This document shows positions 53,741 to 64,000 of a DNA stretch of 64,000 nt, in pieces. How positions within the stretch are numbered: position 1 is the first letter of the stretch; each line of letters starts with the position of its first letter. Both the position numbers and the translations under genes were made by a program. Source of the DNA: Octopus sinensis (taxonomy: Eukaryota); NCBI RefSeq assembly GCF_006345805.1, contig NC_043003.1, positions 81,344,001 to 81,408,000 of the forward strand. The letters are read 5' to 3'. The notes below the pieces were generated by a model. The model did not search any database, was not told the DNA's origin, and saw only the letters and a program-made list of their open reading frames with translations.

Positions 53741-54244
53741 GCTTACCAAAAACTCTTAATAGAAGCCATGAATATTACATTTGTATTTTTTGGTGAATTT
53801 AAATTCTCTACAGAAACTGAAATAGAAATCAGCGTCGAATGTATCCATATTTTCATAAAATGACCTGCAGTTTAGAAGAACTTAGAGCAATGACATGGCT
53901 AAGTCCTCCTAGGCTATTCCCATCAATCCAACTGGCGTCCAGCTAAAAAATTTGTACTTCAATGGTTGTAAGGAAAGACTAAGTAGAGATGAGGATACCA
54001 GAAGGCTTGCAAACCCGCCCGGGGATATATATATATATATAAGTGGTACAACAAGGCACCAATATTTACTGGAAAATAGCAATCGATACAAATACGACAC
54101 TATTGTATAGCTTCACTGTGTATTTACTAGCAAAGACGCGTGTGTGTGTGCAACAAACATGAAAAATTTGTCTTACCTCCAGGAAGAACATTCGATAAAT
54201 GGACAACCTAGAATCGGATAATGCAGGACCGGTTCCTGACTCTT

Positions 54245-54290
54245 CAAATACGTTTGACAACGTAAATTTGATCAGTCTTCATCAGCTGCA
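54245..54290 (-). ncRNA. Degenerate hammerhead-like motif
   Basis: Minus strand cag-CTGATGA-A-GAC(16 nt)GTC-AAAC-GTA; G of GAAA missing. Confidence 0.35.
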
Positions 54291-55175
54291 TTTACCTAGA
54301 CAATATTTCAAATGTTGCCACACAAATTACTATAAATGCTTCTTTTAGAGGAAGGGGTAAATCTAGTAATCCAACTCCAGAACTCAACTGGTACTTGTTT
54401 TAATCTAACTCGGGAGGATGAAAGCAATGTCGTTCTCGATTGCATTTCAGCTCACTGCGTGAAGAGCCCTTCATACTGTAATACGAAAGGAATTTTTAAA
54501 GATCTAAAGAAGCTGCCTGCTTTCAAGTCCAAAACGTTTTAAAGCATTTTTTTTTTTTTTTTTTTTGCGGAGTGGAGTGGGGACTTGTTTAACCAATATT
54601 TTGCACGCCATTATTTATAGTTTTATCTGCTTCGAATTTCACAGTTTAAAATGTTTTATTGTTTTGTAAATTTAATGATAAAATGGTATAAATCAATGAT
54701 ACAAATTGTAAATTAAAGCTATCTATGTACTCAGATGTCCACTAAAGAAATCTTGATGAATTAAATGACTATCTCTTGGCAATAAGTTCAGTAGTTTCTC
54801 AAATAAATTTCACTTTCTGAAAGTGAAAGTTCATTCTTCATATGATTATTTAATTTTAACTTTACTGGTTTATTGTTTGAATTCGTCTCACACATACATG
54901 CTATCTCTTCCCCTCTCTATTTCCTCTCATTTCCTTCTCTCTCTCTCTCTCTATTTCTTTCTCCCTCTTTCTGGCTCTCATTCACTGTCTCTCTCTTCTC
55001 GACCTTTTCTTTCTCTTGCCACAAGTCCCTCCCTACCCTCACCTCTCTCTCATTTGCTGCTATCTTTCTTACAAAGACGTCATCTTTTTTAGTGCTTAGA
55101 CATCACTAAATGCAGATAAATGCTTCAGCATTCTTCTGACATAGATACAATCAGCTTCATTTAGACAAGTTCCAC

Positions 55176-55177
<2 letters not shown>

Positions 55178-55249
<72 letters not shown>

Positions 55250-55281
55250 ATATACATATATTTATACTTACACACACACAC

Positions 55282-55327
<46 letters not shown>

Positions 55328-55480
55328 AATATATATATACACATATACATATATTTATACTTACACACACACACACATATATATATATATACATACGTAT
55401 ATACATATATGTAAACACATATACAAATATATATATACATATATATACATTGATACATACAAGCATATATATATGCATAT
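55178..55480. repeat. (TA)n/(CA)n compound microsatellite
   Basis: Directly visible. Confidence 0.95.
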
Positions 55481-55924
55481 GTGAGCGCGTGTCTTTATAT
55501 GTATACTGTGAAAATCTATTGGATTCCAGACAACCTTCCCAAAGTAATTTTAATTACTTAGCATGATTGAAAGTGACATTACTCGTTACACTTACTCTCA
55601 GACTTCTAAAATTAATATAGACTAGCGGGACCTGTAGAAATTCCACGGAAGTAAGAAAATTAAGAAGTGGTATTTAAGAAAGAAAGCATGATTCACACGT
55701 TTGTTGTATATAAACCTTAGCATTGCCAGTGCAATAAATCATACAAAAATGTACAATAACAATCTATACAAGACTTAATGCACATATCATTCATTAGTGT
55801 TTAATTCCAATGAATCTGCAAAATTATTATACAATTACATATTCCTTATTACGCAATATTTTATCATCATTACGTTACATTATATACAATTAATATAGAA
55901 TAAATGCCGAACCAGTAATGCTAC

Positions 55925-55982
55925 GTGGACGCAACAACACCAACACTGGTTGTCAAGTAGTGATGGGGTACAAACACACTCA

Positions 55983-56021
<39 letters not shown>

Positions 56022-56146
56022 ACACATATATATATATTTCAGCTTCCGTTGACCAAATCCAAGACCAAGGTTTTGGTCGGCCTGACGCTGTAGTGGAAGA
56101 CACTTTCTTAACGTACCACGCAGCGGGACTGAACCCGGAATCACGT
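55925..56146 (-). mobile_element. SINE family A copy truncating the adjacent Penelope fragment
   Basis: GACCAAGGTTTTGGTCGGCCTGA..GAAGACACTT..GGGACTGAACCCGGAA. Confidence 0.75.
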
Positions 56147-56330
56147 TGTTTGCGATGTTCCTCTACCCTTATTTTGAGGGGGCGGCATGTTTCGTCTTTG
56201 TATAACCTACCACAGCTGCTTGGGATGAAGTACACGTAGTTCTTAGTTATATTCTCTTATATTGGTGGTTTTACTCGGAGATATTTGCGAAGTGTTGTAT
56301 TACTTTTGAATACCGTCCTGATGTCATAAT
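56147..56330 (-). mobile_element. Penelope-like element linker plus GIY-YIG endonuclease fragment
   Basis: One frame: YDIRTVFKSNTTLRKYLRVKPPI*ENITKNYVYFIPSSCGRLYKDETCRPLKIRVEEHRK, matching PLE VY.IPC.CG..YIGET.R.L..R..EH. Confidence 0.85.
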
Positions 56331-56381
56331 AACATCGAAAAATACCTTGAGAATGATAACCCAGTTTCAAAATTTCCCCAA

Positions 56382-56427
56382 GACACCTGATGAAGGCTGG
56401 AGGGTATATCAACCGAAACGTTGTGTT
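56382..56427 (+). ncRNA. Minimal type-I hammerhead ribozyme in an inverted Penelope pLTR (about 56335-56520)
   Basis: gacac-CTGATGA-A-GGCTG(gagggtatat)CAACC-GAAA-CG-TT-gtgtt. Confidence 0.75.
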
Positions 56428-56592
56428 AACAACAAACAAGATGAGGACAAATATCAGTCAATAGTGAATAATGTAAATAACATATATAATTCCTCATCTC
56501 TTAAATATAGAACTGTATTAAGGAAAAAAGATTTTCTCCAATACATACACTTCACTTTGACGTGCTCCAGATATTCAAACTGAGGCGTTAGA

Positions 56593-57589
56593 ATAATGTA
56601 GAAGTAAGAATCAAATTTAGGTAAGTCAAAATCACATGGACAGTAATCCCTTGCCATATCGCAGTTCACCTATCGCACACTCAGTACATCGCGGTTCCCC
56701 TATCGCACATTCAATGCATCGCGGATTTGTCTGGCTAATGTATGTAAATTTATATCGCGGACTCCTCAGTATATTCAGATTTCTGCGGCCGATAGGTATT
56801 TATATTTTCTTTAGAATTTAATTATTTCTGTGGGAAGTTTTGGAACGTAACACCTGCGATGGACGAGAGATTGCTGTACATTTATATTAAACAAGATGCA
56901 TGAATTTCTCCAAAAGTATATTCAATACAACAAACATATTAAAAGTATATAGATATATAAAAATATATACAGTAATCAATACATGAAAAATATACATATA
57001 AAAATATATAAATAGATAGATATATGTATTAAAAATCTATTGAAAAAATAAATAATTATACAAGCCGCCTTGCAGATTATAAAACGAAGTCACAAAAAGA
57101 GTTAAGAGTCTATAAGATAAAAAGTTCGATTGTAACTAATCTAGTCAATAATCCTACGGCCATATCTGGGGGTCCGGTTGTGCAGTCATAAAAGATATGT
57201 TTACATCCATTTTTGGACACCATCTCCTTCATCAGGGAAAAAAATTCTAAAAAGGTTCACATGTATTAACTGGATTAGTAATACCCAATCTTTTTATCGT
57301 ATAGACTCTTAACTCTTATTATAACTTCGTTTTATAATCTGCAAGTCGACCTATCTATCTAATTTTTTTTTCAATATTTTTTTAATGTATATACCTATAT
57401 ATTTTTATATGTATATTTTTAACGTATTGATTACTCTATATATTTTTATATATGTAAATATTTTTAATACGTTTGATGTACTGAATATACTTTTGGAGAA
57501 ATTCCTGCTTGTTGGATCTAAGCATGAATAAATATAAATGTGTATGTGAATTTTATTTGACTAAATTTTATTCTTACTTCTACGTTATA
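56593..57589. repeat. Old diverged fold-back (arms about 56593-57150 and 57264-57589) with a decayed hammerhead in the spacer
   Basis: For example TTGCAGATTATAAAACGAAG / CTTCGTTTTATAATCTGCAA; GAATTTCTCCAAAAGTATATTCA / TGAATATACTTTTGGAGAAATTC; TAGAAGTAAGAAT / ATTCTTACTTCTA. Confidence 0.85.
56641..56876. mobile_element. Tigger/pogo-type MITE inserted in the left arm of the fold-back
   Basis: TIRs CAGTAATCCCTTGCCATATCGC / GCGATGGACGAGAGATTGCTG followed by TA; absent from the right arm. Confidence 0.8.
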
Positions 57590-57591
57590 CA

Positions 57592-57633
<42 letters not shown>

Positions 57634-57800
57634 TATATAAACATAGTTGGATATTTTTCTACACTAAGCACCTGAAGTGATACAGCGTGCATTGATTGAT
57701 GCAATGCAACCAGATGCACAGTATCTTACCATTATGGAATGGATGCAAGATGGGTCGAAACGAAAGATTAGTACAAAATCCATCTTCCGTTTCCTTTATC

Positions 57801-57843
<43 letters not shown>

Positions 57844-58097
57844 CACATTTCATATAGCAGCAGCAACAGAAAGAAAACTATCAGCAGTCATATCCGAAGC
57901 CTTTGTTGCCCCTCTTTTCAAAACCTACATTTACCGTTTGTAGTATATCCTATTTTCTTTTTAAAAAAATCCGAGACTACCTTTTGAAAGGAGATCGTGT
58001 CGTCAATTAGATCAATACAATGATAACACAGAAATAAAACAAACTGATCAGAAAAGAAAATGGACTCAGAATGTAAAAGGGTTGAAAATAACTAAAT

Positions 58098-58485
58098 AGA
58101 CGTAGGAGTGGCTGTGTGGTAAGTAGCTTGCTTACGAACTACATGGTTCCGGATTCAGTCCCACTGCGTGGCACCTTGGGCAAGTGTCTTCTACTATAGC
58201 CTCGGGCCGACCAAAGCCTTGTGAGTGGATTTGGTAGACGGAAACTGAAAGAAGCCCGTCGTATATATGGATATATATGTGTCTGTGTTTGTCCCCCGCC
58301 AACATCGCTTGACAACCGATGCTGGTGTATTTATGTTACCGTAACTTAGCGGTTCGGCAAAAGAGACCGATAGAATAAGTACTAGGCTTCCAAAGACTAA
58401 GTCCTGGGGTCGATTTGCTCGGCTAAAGGCGGTGCTCCAGCATGGCCGCAGTCAAATGACTGAAACAAGTAAAAGAGTAAAAGAG
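58098..58485 (+). mobile_element. Near-intact SINE family A copy
   Basis: GTAGGAGTGGCTGTGTGGTAAGTAGCTTGCTT..GGCACCTTGGGCAAGTGTCTTCTACTATAGCC..CAAATGACTGAAACAAGTAAAAGAG. Confidence 0.9.
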
Positions 58486-59644
58486 TGGATTCTCCGTTTG
58501 TATCGACAATTAACATTCAGTTGCTTGACCAATTCGTGAACTTGTAGTTTTAGAGGCTGAATATTAGATACAGGTATGCTGAACATAACTTTCAAGCCGA
58601 ATCTGGGACAATCCAGAAGTGGGAAGATATCAACCCCCTTGTGTGATATTTTATTTACTGATCGCAAAAACGATGAAAGGACTTGAACGCAGAAAGCCTG
58701 AACGAATTTCACATAGCCTTCTATCTGACTCTCTAACGGTTCCGCTAATTTATTGCCTTGAAACTATATACAGTGAGAGCAATTAACCCGATCGTTTCTG
58801 CCAACTCATCGATCTTATTTTAATTGAATATTGATAAAGAGGTGGTACGACGATGTAATGATATAATTATACACCTTTGTCAAGATCATTTCTCTTCGGT
58901 TAGGTCGAAAATGCCTTTGGGAAGGGCATGAACGTTAGACTCTCTTAGTAAAGGACTTAGTCAAGAAGAAACCAATACGCAGTGCTGCGTGATAATTCCT
59001 TCAAAGAAATTTGGCCTTTAGAATAATGGTAAATTGCGGGGAAGAAACTGTCAGAGTGCCAGTGAATTCATGTGTGGTGGGTGGCGCACAATTTAACATT
59101 GTGGAAACGACCCCTTTCTCCAACATTCATTTGAATGACATCCATATTAGACAACTGACTTGGCAACAGACATTGGAATCACCATAAGTATAACATCATT
59201 AAGATTATATACAAACTTAATAACGAACAACAATTCCGATTCAAATTGTTTTCTTCTTTCTTTTCAATATTAAATTTTACTTTACTGTCAAACTTATTCT
59301 GTTTTAATATTACTCGAAATCTAGGATCAGCCGTCGGAGTTTTAAAAAATCGAACTCGCAGCAAAATTCAATATTAAGAGAAAATTTTTTTTAACTAATT
59401 CCTATTTCAAAACTTTATTAAATTTTAGTTAAATTCAAAATTTTATTTACTCTTTTAACAAAAATATTCATTTGTGAAGATAAAAGGTAAGGGTATAAAA
59501 ACACTCTTCACCTTTCTTCTTGATACGATAATTTCTATAGTCCACGTTGCTCTGACGCTGGTCAACTCCTACCGAGCAAACAATTGATCAAAATCATTCT
59601 AGTCAATCCATTTTAATATATTCTTTTATTATTTCTGACTTATA

Positions 59645-60016
59645 AGGCGGCGAGCTGGCAGAATCCTTGCACGCCAGACAAAATGCTTATCGGCATTTCG
59701 TCCGTCTTAATATTCTGAGTTTGAATTCCGACGAGTCGACTTACACTTCCATTTGAACTCAGTACGTAACGGCAGACGAAATACCTATTTCTTTACTACC
59801 CACAAGGGGCTAAACACAGAGGGGACAAACAAGGACAGACAAACGGATTAAGTCGATTACATCGACCACTGTGCGTAACTGGTACTTAATTTATCGACCC
59901 CGAAAGGATGAAAGGCAAAGTCGACCTTGGCGGAATATGAACTCAGAACGTAACGACAGACGAAATACGGCTACGCATTTCATCCCGCGTGCTAACGTTT
60001 CTGCCAGCTCGCCGCC
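59645..60016. mobile_element. Inverted pair of SINE family B copies (+ truncated 59645-59750; - about 59785-60016)
   Basis: AAGGCGGCGAGCTGGCAGAA ... TTCTGCCAGCTCGCCGCCTT. Confidence 0.85.
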
Positions 60017-60195
60017 TTTTCTCACCAGAAGCTTTCCATTAATGACCATCCTATCCTTTTAAAAGGACAACATTATTTACTGCATCCTGTATTTTCATGG
60101 GATTGTGATTTGTAGCAGATGTGCTTGTTATTGGTGGTGTTGTAATGTTGTTCTCACTGGTAGTTTTCTTTTATGATGGAAATATTTGTTATACA

Positions 60196-60376
60196 CAGCC
60201 ATACCCACGTTACGGAAACGTTGCGTTCATGAAGATTCTACTGTAACGCAGAGTTACGTGTAATATGCTTTCCCATTGACTTCCAAATACCGTAGACGTC
60301 AGTAAGATAACAAAGCCGGTTTCGTGTTACGGAACCCCAAATTACGGCATAATTTTCGCAACACGAGAACACCTGT
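60196..60376. mobile_element. Probable Tigger-type MITE
   Basis: Weak TIRs CAG....CCCACGTTACG / CGCAACACGAGAACACCTG-TA; internal TTCCCATTGACTT motif. Confidence 0.45.
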
Positions 60377-61854
60377 ATTTCACTGAATTAAATATCATAG
60401 TGATACCCATGACATTCTGAGCAATAGAAAATTTATTTCAGCGAAAAAAAAACAAATTAATAAGAAAAGTAGGGAAGAAAACATTTTCTATTTACAACAT
60501 GGTTAAATTCTTCGAGAATTTTCGTAACATTATCGTTCGGTGATGTAGTCCATGTGAAATTATTTTTGATTCTGAATGGTAACAACACGCTTAGATCGCA
60601 GTCTTGTCCATTACAAAAGCATTGTACGAACATCATTTACTAACAAGAACCTACTCTAGCGGAAATTCAATCTAGATTCTCTAACAATATACTCAAAACA
60701 CATTCACAGCTCCGTTGCTGACTGTCTAGTAGTAGTAATATGATAGCTAAAAACCCATGGTAATAAATAGCTTCAAAAGTATAATGAAATGGCGAGGATT
60801 TCAAGTATGTTGCATTATTGATATATCTACGAGGTTACATGAACGTATAAATAACATTTCTCTTTGGGCTTTGATACCTGTGTGAGTTCAGATCATATCT
60901 GACTACAATGTTAATTTTTTTTTTTTTTGCCTATTATGTAAACTTTTTTTTATATATTTGCTGCCAGCATCTAAAGTCTTGTTTACTGGCCTCCTATAAA
61001 CGGCTTCTTCTTCTTCTTGCTTGTTCTTCTTCTTCTCCTTCTCCTTCTTCTCCACCTCCTCCTCCTCCTCCTTTCCCACTGCAGGCGTGTTTATAGAATA
61101 AATAACTCGTGTATGCTTGAATTTTATATGTGAATAAAGGTTGATAGAAAGAATAAGTCAGTAAATGCTTGTGTAAGCATAAACGAATTCAGGGAGGAAA
61201 AAGAAATTTTTACTGTAAAAAAAGCACAATAAAATCCGTCAATAAACAAGTGATTTAAGGTTTTATTTTTGGTTCATTGTTTTACACAAGATATTGAATA
61301 AAACATGATATTTTTTCAACATTAGTGTAATGCCATTACATAAACTAGGAGAAATACTTTCCTCCAGGCAATTTTCTCACACTTTATGTAATATGCGTGT
61401 TATCACATCTGTTTCTTTATAATTATTATTATAAATATAAGACTATACTGTTCAATGTAACTATTATTAAGATATCATTGAAAAGGAACTTCAACTTCTA
61501 TAAATAAATAAATAAATAAATAAATAAATGAGGAAATACAACTAATTAGAAAGAGAATTAATTTAGATGTAATTCAAGATTGGGCTAAGACTGGGCGTCA
61601 CTAATATCCTGTCATCGCACAAGCATCTGTAAATAAAATCTCATCTTCATCATTTATTGTATGTTTTCCATGCTGACATGATTGGACGTTTTTACAGGAT
61701 CCGGTGAGTTACAGGGCTGCATCACGCACCATATCAACTTTGTCATGGTTTCTACTGCTGGATGCCTTCCTAATGCCAGTCACTTTAAAGTGGGTATTGA
61801 GTACTTTTCTTTGTGTCACAAGCATTAGTGGGGTTGCCATGTAACTTACATATA

Positions 61855-62013
61855 TACGATGGGCTTCTTTCAGTTTCCATCTACCAAATACACTCACAAG
61901 GCTTTGGTCAGCCCGAGGCTATAGTAGAAGACACTTGCCCAAGGTGCCACACAGTGGGAATGAACCCAGAACCATGTGGTTGGTAAACAAGCTACTTACC
62001 ACACAGCCACTCC
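61855..62013 (-). mobile_element. SINE family A head
   Basis: Reverse complement of 58102-58262. Confidence 0.88.
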
Positions 62014-62279
62014 ATATGTATGTATAAATATATGTATGTATGTATGTATATATAAAGGAAAGAATAAATAAAGTTAAAAGGAAGAGGGATACACACACAC
62101 ACACACACACACACACATTCATATGGATGAATGATTGAATGGCATCATTCCCTTAGCTGAGGATCACTATCTTTGGACAAAACCAATACTTTCCTATCAG
62201 ATATTGCACTCATCCGCTGTGCTCATACATTTCACAAGGAACTACTTTGCTCAATCTTTGATATCAATGCTGTTTCATT

Positions 62280-62485
62280 GTGGAAAAACTACAAGACATG
62301 TTTTTATCTCAGAACATTCCATTTTACCTAGCATTTGTAAATCTGGAGAAACACTTTGATAAGGTGTCATAATCTGTAGTGTTGTGAAAGATAAAAAAAA
62401 TACTAAGTTAAGAAAGATAATGAGATTCATTAAAGCCATGTAATAAGATATAGTCAGTGAAAGCCAATTAGCGGAAACTACAAAT
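62280..62485 (+). mobile_element. RTE-clade LINE RT fragment (decayed)
   Basis: LQDMFLSQNIPFYLAFVNLEKHFDKV...RFIKAM, resembling LQEK...PLYLAFVDLEKAFDRV...V.AMY. Confidence 0.7.
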
Positions 62486-62544
62486 TTCCAAACATGTTGA
62501 GGCACCTGTTTCGTCAGTCAACAAATATTCTTTGAACACGCTCT

Positions 62545-62925
62545 CACGCACGCACACACACAATGCTCGGTCACGCACACATACACTCACACACACAAAC
62601 ACACACACATATACGTACACACATATGTATGTACACGCACACACACACACATACACACAAGCACACGCATAGGCACACATGCACACATACAAATATGCAT
62701 ATACATACACACACAATGCTCGGGCATGCACACATACACTCACACACAAACACACACATATATACGTACACACACATATACGTACACACATATGTATGTA
62801 CGCACACACACACATATATGTACACACACACACACATAAATGCGTGCACACACACACACACACACAAGCACATACATAGGCACACATGCACACATACAAA
62901 TATGCATATACATACACACACACTA
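62545..62925. repeat. Duplicated compound (CA)-rich microsatellite block
   Basis: CACACAATGCTCGG..CATAGGCACACATGCACACATACAAATATGCATATACATAC occurs twice. Confidence 0.9.
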
Positions 62926-63602
62926 ATATATACATTTCAGTTTTGTATGATATAATCGATATGGGGAAGTATGCATGGTGCCACTAAAACATCCAAGGCT
63001 AATGAGATCAACACAGTTGATGTTCAGATTCAGCATCTGTAGACAGCAGGCAAAATCACGAGCAGTTAAGAAAATCAAAGGAAATGGAAAAGGCCTTTGG
63101 GAAGTGCCTACAGGATGAGACTCAGTAAGGATGGCAAAACAAGGAGAAATGTATTTGTGTGCCAAAAGTATGCAACAGGCTTGTCCAGAAGACCAAGGTC
63201 ATTGTACATGTGATAGGAATCAAAAGAAAGAAAAAAGAAAAGAGATCTTAAGTTTTGCCCAGAGTTCAAAATGTATGGGTGAGTGAGAATTTACCAGTTA
63301 GTCTTCACAATGTAGCTTAGAACATTTGAGTCAGAAGCCCCTTTGCAAGTACTACATTTTAGGTCGTAGTTTAGCTTTGCAAAAGTTCAGTAAATGATCG
63401 GAACAGAAAAACGTCTTTGGTCATAGCAGTAGGTTACCACTAGGATGCTAGTTTATTGATGTTAGCCTTACATGGTCAACAAGGAAGATCACCAGGTAAG
63501 GTAAGGCTTGATATTTCAGTTGAATTAAAACTGTGTGTTTGTCCAAGATAAAAGTGAGGATCTATGTATACAGATTGCATATTAATATACAAGTATGTTA
63601 AG

Positions 63603-63810
63603 ATGGTGAGCTGGCAGTATAAGTAGCACTCTGGGGGAAATGCTTTGTAGCATTTTGTCTGCCTTTACATTCTGAGTTCAAATTCTACTGAAGTCAACTT
63701 TGCTTTACATCCTTTTGTGGCCAATAAAATAAGTACTAGTTGAACACCAGGGTTAACATAATTAACTAACCCCCTCCCCCGAAATTGCTGACCTTATGCC
63801 AAAATTGGCA
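63603..63810 (+). mobile_element. SINE family B copy
   Basis: GGTGAGCTGGCAG..TTCTGAGTTCAAATTC..CCGAAATTGCTGACCTTATGCCAAAATT. Confidence 0.8.
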
Positions 63811-63819
63811 TATGTATAT

Positions 63820-63851
<32 letters not shown>

Positions 63852-64000
63852 TCTTGAGAACACATTCTTCATGGAAAATGGCAACTTGACATCTATATCT
63901 AACATACACGCTGTCCACTTTTAGTGGTCAGTCCTCTAAATTTTGTATATATATATATGTGTGTGTGTGTGACTGCGTGTATATTGTTGGCGATTTTCTT

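Noticed and set aside
56655-56760. Short ATCGC-containing repeats resembling a CRISPR-like array
   Set aside because: Subterminal 30-bp duplication of a MITE; no unique spacers; eukaryotic context

Overview
AT-rich, microsatellite-dense eukaryotic DNA with no confidently identifiable host protein-coding gene. The repeat content points to a coleoid cephalopod, most likely Octopus; this is an inference from the SINE sequences. The window is intergenic or intronic and consists mostly of (TA)n/(CA)n/(TAA)n/(CAT)n microsatellites, at least four SINE-like families, and decayed transposon fragments: Penelope-like RT and GIY-YIG, R4/Dong RLE, RTE/CR1-type RT, Tc1, mariner, Helitron helicase, and hAT and Tigger-type MITEs. 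The most striking structure is a 1.68-kb near-perfect fold-back at 16231-17910, inserted in (TA)n. It is built from more-than-unit-length copies of a 558-bp non-coding monomer that carries a minimal type-I hammerhead-ribozyme motif, making it a candidate retrozyme or non-autonomous Penelope-dependent element. An older, independent head-to-head fold-back with a decayed hammerhead lies at 56593-57589, and several more hammerhead-like motifs are scattered through the window. Also notable are a tRNA-derived SINE head found with four different TSD-bounded 3' tails and an exact 173-bp inverted templated insertion. Nearly all ORFs in the supplied track are microsatellite or SINE artefacts.
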